In this document: positions 34,894-48,460 of the stretch, in pieces
Layout of the letters: each line of letters starts with the position of its first letter
Numbering within the stretch: the stretch's first letter is position 1
Assembly: GCF_004010195.1 (NCBI RefSeq)
Contig: NC_057754.1
Location: 907,318-956,106 of the forward strand
DNA length: 48,789 nt
Origin: Chiloscyllium plagiosum
Taxonomy: Eukaryota
Direction of reading: 5' to 3'
The notes under the pieces: generated by a model
The model's input: only the letters and a program-made list of their open reading frames with translations
What the model was told of the DNA's origin: nothing
Databases searched by the model: none
Made by a program: the position numbers and the translations under genes

Positions 34894-37005
34894 AACAATC
34901 TGGCTATTGCTGTGGGAGACTTGGTTTTAAAACCATCACAGACAAATGTTGAAAATTGCATTGATTTGATATATTTGGAATTAGAAAATGTTTTAATGGT
35001 GACCGTGAAAAATTGTTGGTTGCTGTGAAAACCCATCTGATGCACTAATGTCCTTTTAGAGAAATAAAGCTGTCATCCTTACAGGTCTGATCTCTGTGAA
35101 TCCAGGCCCACAGCAGCATTGTTAACTCTCAACTGCGCTCTGAAATTCTGAGCAAGTCATTCTGTTGGATCAGAACAATAATGATAAAAGGAATCAAATG
35201 GGGCTGACTACTTGGTATCACTTCGGCACTGGAAATGACACTGGCATGAACAGCCCTGTTGGCCCTGCAAAGGACGTCTTGTTAACATGTGGGGGCGAGT
35301 GCCAACATCGGGAGATCTGTCTCACAGACGTACAGTCATTCTCAGGAAACATACGTAACAGTGTCCCAGACATCACTAAACCTAAGCAGATCCTGTCCCA
35401 CCCACCATGGTAGTGGCACAGTGTTATATAGTTCAGAAGGAGTTGCCTTGGGAGACCTCAGCATTGACTTTGGGCCCCATCAAACATGGGCAAGGAAGCC
35501 TCGTGCTGATTACCACGTATTGTCATTTTCCAACTAACGAATCAATACTCCTCTGTGTTGAACAACACTCGGAGGAAGCACTGAGGATGGCAAGCGTGTA
35601 GAATATACTTTGGGTGGGGTATTTCAATGTCCATCACCAGGAGTGACTCTGCAGGTGCACTGCTGATCGAGCTGGTCAGGTTCTAAAAGACATAGCTGTT
35701 AGACTGGGTCCATGGCATGTGGTGAGAGCACCAACAAGAATAAAAAACAAACTTGACCTCTCAGGTACTAATCTGCTGGCTGCAGATGTGTCTGTCCGCG
35801 ACAGTATCAATAAGAGTGATCACTGCACAATCCTCGTGGAGACAAAGTCCCACCTTCACATTGAGAATACTTGCTACTTGGAATAGATTTTGAACAGATC
35901 TGGTGGCTCAGAATTAGGGAGCTGCTGTGGACCATCAGAGCAACAGAATTTTATTTCCCTACAATCTGCAACCTCATTGCCTGGAATATTTCACACACTA
36001 CCATAACTTCCAAGCCAGGCTGGTTCAATAAAGAATGCAGGAGGATATGCCAGGAGCAGACTCCTGAAAACAAAGTGTCAATCTGGTGAAGCTACAGAAT
36101 ACAACTATTTGTGTTCCATACCGCATGAGCAGCAAGTGTTAGATAGAGCTAAGTGATCCCACACCCAACACATCTGTGCTGTAGGGATTCTGTGACAGTA
36201 AATGCATGGGGTCACCACAACATGCAAGTTTCCCTCCAAGTCTCACACCATCCAACATTCGAAGCGGGTTTGAGCTTCATATCTAAGGAAGGATGTGCTG
36301 GCGTTGGAGTGGGTCCAGAGCAGATTTACGAGAATGATCCCAGGGATGAAGGGCTTGTCATATGAGGAGCGGTTGCAGAATCTGGGTCTGTCCTCGATGG
36401 AATCTAGAAGGATGAGGAGGGCATCTCATTGAAACTTGCAGAATACTGAGAGGACTGGATGGATTGGACATTGAGAAGATGTTTCCATCAGTAGGAGAGA
36501 CTAGGACTTGAAGACACAGCCTCAGAATGAAATGATGACCTTTTAGAACTGAGATGAGTCACTTCTTCAGCTAGTGGATGATGACTGTGGAACTCGTTGC
36601 CGCACAGGGTTGTGGAGGCCAAGTTATTAAGTGTATTTAAGACAGAGATAGATAAGGTCTTGATTGGTAAGGGGATCAAGGGTTGTGGTGGGGAAGGCAA
36701 GAGAATGGAGTTGATAAACATATCAGCCATGGTCAAATGATGGAGTAGACTCAGTGGACCAAATGACCTAATTCTGCTCCTACATCTCACGGTCTTATGG
36801 TCTTACCCTGACTTGGTAATGCATCACTGTTCTTTCAGTGTCACTGAGTCAAAATCCTGGAACCTGCTCCAAAGAGTATTGTGGGTGTGCCAAAGACCGC
36901 AGTGTTTCAAGAAGACAGGTGACCATTCCTTTGTCTAGGGCAATTTGGGATGGACAATAAATGCTGACCTAGCCAGGGATGGCCACATCCCGTGAATGAG
37001 TTTAA
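34894..37005 (+). mobile_element. Degenerate L2/CR1-clade LINE with SINE-like 5' region, interrupted by a CR1 3' fragment (~36260-36805)
   Basis: Endonuclease-like remnants (FNVHHQE, SDHCTILVET, KPGWFNKECR); 3' end gggatggacaataaatgctgacctagccag shared with the SINE at 17710. Confidence 0.65.
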
Positions 37006-37384
37006 AAATTCTGTCTTGCTGTTGAATATTCAAAAACTTACAGAAGCATTGCAAAGAACACTTAATTTACACCTACACAGAAGGTTCCCAGCTTGATTTC
37101 CTGGTCTCAGTTGGGGGAAGTGGAGGCAGTTAAAATTAGCCTCAGAGGCCCTTGCTTGAGCAAGTGACACTGTTTCTGCTTTTCTTCTCTAGCAGGCATA
37201 CTTATTACTTGAGGAAAGCTTCATAATTCAATTGTAATAGCTGCCACAATCAAGCAGCCTGCCTTCTGGACTGTTTGATGGGGGCAGTCCAGAGAATGTT
37301 GAACCACATGCAGTATCTATCTTGCACATGTTTGATGGGGAAAGAGGGGGAAACAACAGTATAGAGGAAGTTTTACTCCATACC

Positions 37385-37790
37385 TAATCCTGTGCTGTCC
37401 CTGTCCTGGGAGTGTTTGTTGGGGATGGTGTGGAGGGAGCTTTACTCTGTAGCCAACCTTCTGCTGTCCCTGTCCCGGAGTGTTTGTTGGGGATGGTGTG
37501 GAGGGAGCTTTACTCTGTAGCCAACCCTCTGCTGTCCCTGTCCCAGAGTGTTTGTTGGGGATGGTGTGGAGGGAGCTTTACTCTGTAACCAACCCTCTGC
37601 TGTCCCTGTCCCGGAGTGTTTGTTGGGGATGGTGTGGAGGGAGCTTTACTCTGTATCCAACCCTCTGCTGTCCCTGTCCCAGAGTGTTTGTTGGGGATGG
37701 TGTGCAGGGAGCTTTGCTCTGTATCCAACCCTCTGATGTCCCTGTCCCGGAGTGTTTGTTGGGGATGGTGTGGAGGGAGCTTTACTCTAT
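37385..37790. repeat. 68-bp minisatellite, ~6 copies
   Basis: Unit ctgctgtccctgtcccggagtgtttgttggggatggtgtggagggagctttactctgtagccaaccct. Confidence 0.95.
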
Positions 37791-38899
37791 CTTGGAGCAT
37801 TAAAGGGTAATATTTAACAGATGTCATAATTTGTAACGGTTTTGAAAGTGAATATGGAAAGACTTTTTTCTTACATGGATAGTCAGTAACCAGAGGAGAG
37901 AGGTTTGAGGTGACTGGCAAAAAGAGCCAGAGAGAAAATAAAGACTTTTTTTTTGATAGTGAATTAGTGCAATTTGGAAATGTTGTCTGATAGGGCAGTG
38001 GAAGCAGATTCAATTGGAACTTCAGAATACTGAGAAAGGAGAACTGTGGACTCCTATGGGGATACAGTGCAGGTAATTGGCATTAATGTTTAGTTCTGGG
38101 CACCAGACGGATACATTGATGTTGGTAGAGGATTTGCAGCAAAGATTTCTCAGACACAAGCATTCAAACTGCAGCCACTGCTTTCCAGATGGTTGAGATG
38201 ATTTTATTGAAGGTTTTGAGACATTGAACAGAGTCAATTCGGTCGGACATCCTGTAAATCAAGGTAGGGATTATGGTTTGGAGACTATTGTCTGAAGGTG
38301 TTAAAAGATCTTGGATTCAGTGGGTCTCTCGCCACTGATCAACCATGATCTCAGCAAATGATAGAATAGACTCGATAAACTGTAGTGCCACCTCCTGTTC
38401 TGAAGCTTCCAATTGTGGATAACCTTTTTAAAAAGCCAGCACAGGCACCGGGGCAGAATCCATGCTGTATGACAGTACATACATCCTGAATTCTTACACT
38501 CGTAATCTATCCAAAGCTTCAGGCAGAGATGCTATCCTTGATCACATGGAAGTATAAGGATAAATGCTGAACAGGAGAGATGCTGAGGGTGCAGCTCTTC
38601 AGGGTCATTGTTAGTTATGTACTCGTACTTCTAAAATGAGGCTTGTCACACACACCTTTATCACATTTACACATGGTGATCTGACTGGGCAAACCTGGGC
38701 AGGTTAATCTGACAGCTCCCTGATCAGGAATGCTACAAGTTTGATTTATGGTCTACCCCCTGCAAGCTGGGCATAAATGCCATTGAACGTTTACAACAGT
38801 TGACCTCAGTAACCTGGACTAGGGACCGGGTGGAGAGAACTATCAAAGAGCCAGCGCCTGTTCTGTGAAAGACATTCTATAATGCAGCTTTGTTATGTG

Positions 38900-39135
38900 A
38901 GCCCTTCCATCATCGTTTCTTCCCACCCCACGTCCACCTCCTGTTATCCCCTTCAACCTCTTCTTTCCCCTACTTTTTCCCTGTTGCCCCACTTCTCCCC
39001 ATTTTCACTCCTCTTCTCTCTCCTCTCTTCTTTATTCCCTACCCTTCCCTCTCCAGAATCACTCCCTGTCATCACACTCATTTATGGATCAATCCAATTT
39101 CTTGTCCTTTTCCTCCTCCCCCTCTCCTCTAAAAT
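38900..39135. repeat. Pyrimidine-rich low-complexity tract
   Basis: Strong C/T bias on the + strand. Confidence 0.75.
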
Positions 39136-39531
39136 TTCCTACCTAGATTTGAAAGTCCTGGAATGGAATGTCTCACTGAGTTTTTTTTAAATTAAAAGCA
39201 TATAACCCTGAGTATTGTAGAATCCCTGTGGGGTCACACTCATTCTTCTCTTTGCTGAAGTGCCAGCCACAGCAGAACAGCCATTCAGCCCATCCGGGCT
39301 ACAATCCATGGTCAGCTCTGTCTTGACATTGTAGCTTGAAGTGAGGTTTGCTTCATTCCTGGGAAGCCTTTGAGAAAAACTATTAGCATGTACGACTACT
39401 AGTTAGTGATTCTATTCATGGGTACCGGTTGGGTTAATATTTCAGTTAATGTAGTCTTTATAATTGACCCACTTAGAATGAGCAGGAAAAGAAAGCTCTA
39501 ATTTTGGTGAAATGCGTTATGACTGTTGCAG

Positions 39532-39680
39532 ACGGCTAGCCCCCATTCAGCCAGTGGCAGACCCTTTTCTGCTGGGGTGAAGACAGAGCGAGGTGGCACT
39601 GAGCCAGCGTTTAAACGGCAGAAATTGAACCCTGGAGATGCCCCTGACCCGATTGTCTTCGTGGCAACAGACCATACCAG
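39532..39680 (+). CDS. mta2: MTA2 penultimate exon: TASPHSASGRPFSAGVKTERGGTEPAFKRQKLNPGDAPDPIVFVATDHT(R)
   Basis: tgttgcAG acceptor, GTGTGT donor; KRQKLNPxDAPxPxVFVAT is MTA2-like. An alternative AG lies at 39549-39550. Confidence 0.9.
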
Positions 39681-40209
39681 GTGTGTACCATGAGATGGAG
39701 GGGAGGGAGGGGGCTTAGGACAAGAAAGAGACAGCCAGAATTGACGGAATGGAAAGATTCTTGACTTCCTTCCTTCCTTCCTTAAATGTGTCTGTGGGTT
39801 AATTGAACATTCGTGGAGGGGGCAAAGGCATATGTTATTAATTGAACCAACCATGTAAAACCATTTTAGGTGAGTTATGAGGTTACGGCCAGGGGGGTTT
39901 GATTTGAAAGTTGTTACTTTTGAGTTTAGTCTTAATGTCCTTGTGATCATATGGGCAGTAGTTTGTATACTAGAGTCAGTTTAACAGCAGAATCAGCTCA
40001 TAAGCACTTACTCCCTGGAGGAAGACCATTCAGTCTTTCAGTACACTCACTGAAATTCATTCAGATCACTCATCTCTACTTATACTTCATTTATCCACCT
40101 TTGCTTAGTCCCTGCAAAAAGGTCACAGATTTAAGCTAACAGACAATAGAGGGGAGATGAGGAGAAATGTGATATGGGGTGCACTGCCTGAAAGCGTGAT
40201 GTAAGCGTT

Positions 40210-40850
40210 TCAATATGCTTTCAGAGGTAATCCACCTCCTGACTCCCCAAAGCCTGCATACCATCAGCAAAGTCCAATTTAAGAAAATGGTGGAACACTC
40301 CCCACTTGCTTGGATGAATGCAGCTCCATCAACACTCAAGAAGCTCAACATCATCCAGAACAACGCAGTCTGCTTGACTGTCACTCCCTCCACCACCAAT
40401 AGCTATATATACCATCTCCAAGATGCAGTGCAGCAATTCAACAAAGTTTCTTTGACAACAAAGCACTTTCTAAGCCAGTGACTTATACTTCCTGGAAGGA
40501 TAAAGGTAGCATACGCATGGAACACAACCACCTGCAAAAGTCCTCTCCAAGTTAAATACCATCCTGATTTAGAAATATATCGTCATTCCTTTAGTGTCAC
40601 TAGGTCAAAATCCTGGAACATCCTCCCTAACAACACTGCATTCCAAAGAAGAGTGAACATGAACTCTGTTTTTTTTCTCCACAGTTGCTGCCAGAGCCGC
40701 TGAGTTTCTCCACTTTGTTTCTATGGCATTGTGGGTATTCCTATACCCCAAGGACTGTAGCCATTCAAGAAAGCAGCCAGCGGCAGCTGGAGATCAGCAA
40801 TAAATCTGGCTTAGACAGGGACACCCATATCCTGTCATCAACAAATTTTA
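40210..40850 (+). mobile_element. L2/CR1-clade LINE 3' fragment
   Basis: EHSPLAWMNAAPSTLKKLNIIQNNA RT C-terminal remnant; shared 3' UTR. Confidence 0.7.
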
Positions 40851-43322
40851 AATAAAAGTTAAAACTTAAAATATGAAACAAAAATGTAGGACATAATAGA
40901 GTGAGGTGGAGGAGCATTGGGACCAATTACATAGATCTTTGAGAGTGGTCTCGGCACAGTGTACTGAACTGCCTCCTTGGTACTTCAGAATGCAATGATA
41001 TCTGTGAATGAAGTTAATAAATAACTTGCACCCACCCTGAGATTCACAAATCCCAAAATATGGTCATTGAGATCAGAAGCATATCTTCTGAGGTGGAGGA
41101 AAATATGGTGGATATTTTTAAAGTCACCACTTTTTAGAAGTAGTTACGTGTTGCACAGCTAATTCCTCACTTGCACACTTAGGGTTCACATTGTGACTCA
41201 CTTGTGCTGCAATTAGGGTGGATGTTGGCTCAAGCTAAGTCTACTGACTCCAGCGTTCTGTAAATCCCATTTACCTACCTATCCTGCAGTCTGTCATGCA
41301 GAATATCTGCACTTCCCCATGTGTGAGGCTAAAAGGTGAGCATCATTAACAATTCAATTACAGAAGAAAACATAAAACAGCTGTACCTGTGTTAATGAAA
41401 CAGGGTAAATACCCTTAAGGACTTCACTGGAGGGTAATATGGCAGAGCACAGATAACATTAAATTAGTGGAGTGATTGGAGCAGACAATTGAAAATTTGG
41501 TCAGAGTTTGGATTTAATGAGTGACTGAAAGAGACGGGGGAGGGGGTGGGAAGTGGTGCACAGAGAGGTTTAGGGAGGTATTCCAGAGCATATAGCCCCA
41601 GGCAGCTGAGGGTGCAGCCACCAATGGTGGAGCAGTGGGAACTGGAGATGCTCAAGAGGCTGTAAAATGATGTGGATAATTGTGGCTGGGCCACTACTAA
41701 TTGCCCTTTGAGAAAGTGGTGGGGGAGCTGCTGCCTTCAGCTGCTGCAGCCCGTGTGCTGTTGGGGGACACACAATGCTGCTGGCCCCAGGATTCTGACC
41801 AAGCGGCAGTGAAAAAACATGGGATGGTGAGTGGCTTGGAGGGGGACTTACAGGAGGTGGTGTTCCCACATACCTTCTGCCCTTGTCCTTCTATATGAAA
41901 ATGGGTTGTGGGTTTGGAAGGTGATGTTGAGAGAATCCTGGTGAGTCTCTCTGAAGACTTATTGGCTGCAGTAAAAACAGTCTCAGTATCTTGGCGCCTC
42001 TCATAGCTATGGTTTGCCATCACTGACATTATCTTGATAACTTTCTTCCTCAGAGTTCAGTATTTTGAATATAATACAATATCCAAAACTGCACACCATC
42101 CTCTTACTGGGGGTCAAACATGCTGTCTACAAATTTACATTCTCTCTTCATTCTCCAAGTCCCATTTATAAAGCTCAAATGATATTGGCCTTTCTCATGT
42201 GTCCGCACCAACATGAACTTTCAGGGGCTTGTACATTTGGTCACCAAGGTTATAATTCATTTTCAACTGCCAATGTTGCTCTTGTTTTCCCTCCTGAAAT
42301 GTATTCCCTCACACCTATCCCCATTAAATTGTAATGGCCACCAAATTAGTCATTCTGCCTAACCCCTCCTGCCTTTCTGAAACCTTTTACACCACTCGCA
42401 CCTCTGAATTCTAATTCTTCAAGATTTCTGCATTGGGTTTAGTGGAAGGTCTGACTGCAGATTGGTGGGAACAACCGTGCCTAGCTAAATGGCCTTTCCC
42501 TATCCCATGGTTCCGTGCATTAAAAGATTACACAGCCTAACAAGGCATTACTCAGCACAGAACCTTGTAACCTCTTCATCAGTGTGTGCTTCCGGTTCCC
42601 ACCACCCATGCAATTTCCAAGCATTCAAAGCCCTACTACCTTGTAATCTCAGGGTCATGTGATTAAAGCATCTGTCATTGTTAGAATTATCTGCTGCTGC
42701 TCCGAGATTCATCAGCTGTTGTGTAAGCTCGTCATGACAGGGAATTGACCCAAGCAAACTGAGAAATACCCAAACTCCGTTAAAAGTACAGCAGCTGCTA
42801 ATAGGTACAGCCTGCTGGGTTACAGCTATCAGTAATTATTGCCTTTCTCAAGAAAGAATGATCTGAATCTTTGAGAATGTTGAGAACATGAGAATTAGCT
42901 GCTTGCTGGGTGGGTGGCAGGGAATTAAAACATTTTGCCCAAATGCTATGCTTTCTCAGTGTGTAGGCTGCTTTGTGTCAGCAGACGTGTGACTTGTACA
43001 GTTCTGGGACATTGCTGCCTCCAGCTGGTTAATTATGATCATTGCAGTCTGTTATTTGTCTGCAGCAAGTGATGTCTTCCTTTTCTGAATGAAAAATAGT
43101 GGCCGTCATTTTGTCTGAAGCCTCACCTTGTTGGCACTTCTCTTCCTTTTCATTTTGCGGTTTTACTCAATCCAGCTTTTCAGTCTTAAGCTGTTACCCC
43201 AAGAATAAATAAATAAATAATACCCCCTTTCCCCACTTTTTGGAACATGTGGTCAGCACATGTCAGAGGGTTGAGGTTGTGCTGAGGTAGGCCAGCTCAT
43301 TTATTTCTCCAATTCTGCCATA

Positions 43323-45000
43323 TAGAGTCATAGTCATAGAGATGTACAGCATGGAAACAGACCCTTCAGTTCAACCCGTCCATGTCGACCAGATATCCCA
43401 ACCCAATCTAATCCCACCTGCCAGCACCCGGCCCTTCCTATTCATATACCAATCCAAATGCCTCTTAAATGTTGCAATTGTACCAGCCTACACCACTTCT
43501 TCTGGCAGCTCATTCCATACACCTACCACCCTCTGTGTGAAAACGTTGCCCCTTAGGTCTCTCTTATACTTTCCCATCTCACCCTAAACCTATGCCCTCT
43601 AGTTCTGGACTCCCCGACCCCAGGGAAAAGACTTTGTCTATTTATCCTATCCGTGCCCCTCATAATTTTGTAAATCTCTGTAAGGTCACCCCTCAGCCTC
43701 CGACGCTCCAGGGCAAACAGCCCCAGCCTGTTTAGCCTCTCCCNNNNNNNNNNNNNNNNNNNNNNNNNNNNNNNNNNNNNNNNNNNNNNNNNNNNNNNNN
43801 NNNNNNNNNNNNNNNNNNNNNNNNNNNNNNNNNNNNNNNNNNNNNNNNNNNNNNNNNNNNNNNNNNNNNNNNNNNNNNNNNNNNNNNNNNNNNNNNNNNN
43901 NNNNNNNNNNNNNNNNNNNNNNNNNNNNNNNNNNNNNNNNNNNNNNNNNNNNNNNNNNNNNNNNNNNNNNNNNNNNNNNNNNNNNNNNNNNNNNNNNNNN
44001 NNNNNNNNNNNNNNNNNNNNNNNNNNNNNNNNNNNNNNNNNNNNNNNNNNNNNNNNNNNNNNNNNNNNNNNNNNNNNNNNNNNNNNNNNNNNNNNNNNNN
44101 NNNNNNNNNNNNNNNNNNNNNNNNNNNNNNNNNNNNNNNNNNNNNNNNNNNNNNNNNNNNNNNNNNNNNNNNNNNNNNNNNNNNNNNNNNNNNNNNNNNN
44201 NNNNNNNNNNNNNNNNNNNNNNNNNNNNNNNNNNNNNNNNNNNNNNNNNNNNNNNNNNNNNNNNNNNNNNNNNNNNNNNNNNNNNNNNNNNNNNNNNNNN
44301 NNNNNNNNNNNNNNNNNNNNNNNNNNNNNNNNNNNNNNNNNNNNNNNNNNNNNNNNNNNNNNNNNNNNNNNNNNNNNNNNNNNNNNNNNNNNNNNNNNNN
44401 NNNNNNNNNNNNNNNNNNNNNNNNNNNNNNNNNNNNNNNNNNNNNNNNNNNNNNNNNNNNNNNNNNNNNNNNNNNNNNNNNNNNNNNNNNNNNNNNNNNN
44501 NNNNNNNNNNNNNNNNNNNNNNNNNNNNNNNNNNNNNNNNNNNNNNNNNNNNNNNNNNNNNNNNNNNNNNNNNNNNNNNNNNNNNNNNNNNNNNNNNNNN
44601 NNNNNNNNNNNTACAGTCTATATCTTTCATATCCTTTTCCACAGTAAATACTGATGCAAAACACACATTTAGTATCTCCCCCATTTTCTGTGGCTCCACA
44701 CAAAGGCCGCCTTGCTGATCTTTGAGGGGCCCTATTCTCTCCCTAGTTACCCTTTTGTCCTTAATATATTTGTAAAAACCTTTTGGATTCTCCTTAATTC
44801 TATTTGCCAAAGCTATCTCATGTCCCCTTTTTGCCCTCTTGATTTCCCTCTTAAGTATACTCCTACTTTCTTTGTACTCTTCTAAGGATTCACTCGATCT
44901 GTACTGTCTATACCTTACATATGCTTCCTTTTTCTTAACCAAACCCTTAATTTCATTTGTCATCCAGCATTCCCTATACCTACCAGCCTTTCCTTTCACC
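43323..45000 (-). mobile_element. CR1 LINE spanning an assembly gap
   Basis: 3' tail at 43323; KENPKGFYKYIKDKRVTRERIGPLKDQ ORF2 segment beyond the gap. Confidence 0.88.
43744..44611. other. Assembly gap (868 N)
   Basis: Run of N. Confidence 1.
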
Positions 45001-45689
45001 CTCCCTTCCTGCACCCCACTCAATTCCCCAGACCCTCCAACAAGGACAAAAAACCTCAAACATGGTTAACTGTGCCTGGGAGCTTCTGCAACAGAGCTTG
45101 CCAAACTGGGAGTCAGGAACCCCACGTGGAGTGGGGAGCTGGGATTTCTGAGTAACAACCACCATGCAGTTCCCACTCAGTAAGTAAGAACAGCCTATGC
45201 TGCTACCCTGTATCTTCTCTGACAGGTCTCTCCCCTGCACCCTGCTCTCTCGGCTTTCATTCGGCGACTTTGACCATGCCTCAACACGGTGGGCAAGTAT
45301 TTGGGAAGTACTCTTTTAGTTTATGATGACGAATTGAGCTGAACTATCCAGAAATTAAAAATTAATCTCCAGGCTGCTGCTGGGTATAGCCAGGAAATAA
45401 ATCATGGGAGCAGTGCACAAACCTGATAGAGTTTTAACTTTAATTCTCTTGCAAAGCTGTAAGGGAAGTACATCGGACGAATGGTTATAGGTTGAAGTCA
45501 GCCTGTGGAGATGCAATAATATATGCACAGTTTCTATCAATACCTTTACCAGGGCTCACTCCCTCTGGGAATGCTATTAGATTAAAGTCCCAAAGTCTAA
45601 ACTAATAACCCAAAGAGTATAAATCACATGGCAGTTTGAGAATTTAAATCCTGGGTTGAAGAGTTGGGGGGGGGGAGAGAGGGGGAAAT

Positions 45690-46490
45690 GGGGAAACTGA
45701 TGAAAACCACATTAATACCATGTGATTGAAGGGTCCCAAGGCAGAAGATGAGGTGTTCTTCCTCTAGGTGTCAGGAGGTTAGGGTTTGGCAATGGAGGAG
45801 GCTCAGGACCTGCATGTCCCTGGTGGAGTGGGAGCTGGAGTTGAAGTGTTCAGCCACAGGGCAGTGGGGTTGGTAGGTGCAGGTGTTCCAGAGATGTTCT
45901 CTGAAACGATCCACAAGTTGGCCTCCTATCTCCCCAATGTAGAGGAGACCACATCAGGTACAATGCATACAGCAGATAACGTATGTGGGAGTACATGTAA
46001 ATTTCTGTCAGATGTGGAAGGATTCCATGGGGCCTTGGATGGGGATGTTCTGTCTACCTCTGAATACCACCTGATGCCTGGAGGAAGGACACCTCATCCA
46101 TACAGGATCAATGTGAATTTCACCAGTTCCCATTTCCCCTCCCTCCACCATATCCCAGTTCCAACTTTCCAACTTGGCACCGCCCTCTTGAACAGCCCTA
46201 CCTGTCCATCTTCCTTCCACCTATCTGCTCCACCCACCCCTCCGACCTATCACTTTCACCCCCACTTTCATATATTTATCACATTCCTTGTTAACTTCGT
46301 CCTCCAGCCCTAATCCCCTCCCATTTGTCTCTCAGCCCCCTTGGCCCACAAGCCTCATTCCTGATGAAGGGCTCCTGCCCGAAATGTTGATTTTCCTGCT
46401 CCTCGGATGCTGCCTGACCTGCTGTGCTTTTCCAGCACTACAGTCTTCGACTCTGATCTCCAGCATCTGCAGTCCTCACTTTCTCCCAGT
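45690..46490. mobile_element. Penelope-like element end with internal inversion and hammerhead core
   Basis: Minus-strand EEHLIFCLGTLQSHGINV (~45700-45760), then plus-strand terminal segment with CTGATGA...GAAA at 46361-46384. Confidence 0.72.
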
Positions 46491-47159
46491 TTAAATCCTG
46501 GCCTTATTAAAAGATCCAGAATGAAAAATGACTGTGAAGCTGTCAGATTGTGACTAAAAATATCTGACTGATTCACCAGGGTAAACTGTTCACATCCTCC
46601 TCTATTTCACACCTAATGTGCTTGACCTGTAAGTTGCTCTCCAATATTATCAAAATCAGCGAGTGATGCTTTCAGCAGGGGGCAGCTAGGGAATGGATCA
46701 ACAATACCAACAATGACCACACCCTGCAGAGGGAGTAGTGACTGTGGCACTGGCTAGGAGCAGCAGTTTTACTGACTTGCCTGAGAAGCTTCCAGCCAGC
46801 TCAGTCAGTGTGTGATTGGCTGTACAGTTTGAGCCATTAATGGAACCTTGTTTTTTATTTGTTAAATATCACTTCTATTTTCTTTCACCAAATTCCATCC
46901 GTCCATTTCTGCTGCTGCTGCTGCCTGAAGATAGCCTTGCCTGCGTGATCTGCTGTCATGGTGCCTCCTTCATCTGCCCCCGTCCTCACACATGGACCAA
47001 CCCTTATCTGCAGCCACTCCTTGGCTTCCATTGTTCAACAGCCACCTTCCTGCTGCTCTCCTCTTCACCGTTGCAGCTCTTCCAGCTCCAATCCAGGGAT
47101 TTCTGGATGTCACTTTTTAACAGTTATTTTTGCTCTTGTAATTTCAGCTACCTCTACAT

Positions 47160-47680
47160 TAGAACATAGACCAGTACAGCACAGGAACGGGCCCTTCGGC
47201 CCATGATGTTGTGCCAAACGTGAAGCCAAATTAAACTAATCCCTTCTGCCTGCCCTTTGTCCATATCCCTTCATTCCTTGCATCTTCTTGTGCTTATCTA
47301 AAAGTTCCTTAAACACCCTATTGTATCTGCCTCCATCATTACCCGTAGCAGTGCATTCCAGACTCCTACCACTCTGTGTAAAAAAAAAAACTCATGTCTC
47401 CTTTGAACTTGCCCCCCCCCCCCCTCAGCTTAAATGCATGTCCCCCTAGTATTAGACACCTCAACTCTGTCTGTCCACCCAATCTATGCCCCTCATAATT
47501 TTATGGACTTCTACCAAGTCTCCCCTCAGCCTCTGCCACTCCAAAGAAAACAGCCTGAGTTTTTCTAGCGCCTCCTTATAGCTTATACCCTCTAATCCAG
47601 ACAGTATCCTGATAAACCTCTCTGCACCCTCTCCAGAGGCTTCACATCCTCCTTGTAATGTGGTGACCAGAATTGAACAC
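47160..47680 (-). mobile_element. CR1 3' fragment
   Basis: agaacatag tail; reverse-strand VQFWSPHYKEDV and LRGDLVEV remnants. Confidence 0.8.
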
Positions 47681-48460
47681 CATTAGTTATGGAGTAAATG
47701 TGGATTTTTATTTTTTAGCATGTGTTAGCATCAGCATCTAAAAGGTCTCTACGTAGATATTTTCTTAGTGTTGAGAGAGGCAGGAAAATCCCTTTTTACA
47801 AGCTCGAGTTTTCTTCCTATTAACACCACCCTCCATCTTCAAAACAAGTATTTCCAGCTAATCCTATCCTTCTATATTCTTTGCTACATATCCTCTCTAC
47901 ATGTTATCATTTCTCCAAAAACGTTTGTTTTTGGAGGGTTACCATTAAAAAATTAGCTTGTTTTAGTTTTAACTTAAGGACAGAATTGACTGGTGGAATC
48001 CTAGACAATAGTGCACTTGGAAACCAAGTGTGCCCCCAGTTACCAGCAGCATCAGAGCACAGAGTGGTTCCTCCGGCTCACAGCAAGATAAGTGATTTAG
48101 CTGCAAAGTTCTGAAGCGTGTAGATTGAACTATGGCATCAACATGAAAATGGGACTCGGCAGTAAAGTGCTGTGGACAGAGCTCTTGCTAAGATCAGAAT
48201 CTCTATCTGGAGAATGTGTGCCAGTAGAGACCAGCTTACCAGGCCGAGAATCTGTCTCTTCAACTCCCAGCTTATGGAGTAACTTCAGAAAAACTGATGT
48301 CTCTTTGTTCCTCATCTTGCTTTCTCCATCAGGGGACTTGCCCAAGATAAGGAACTCACCTTGTTCAGAAATCTGGGTGCATCATTACTGCAGAAACCAA
48401 CCTGAAGAAGTTGGAGTTTTTGACATGAGGTTAACTTCTCCTTGTTTCAATCTTTTGCAG

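Noticed and set aside
37480..38013. Several overlapping repetitive ORFs
   Set aside because: Products of the 68-bp minisatellite.
43686..45059. 457-aa and 323-aa ORFs
   Set aside because: Inflated by the N gap; the flanks are CR1 ORF2 pieces.
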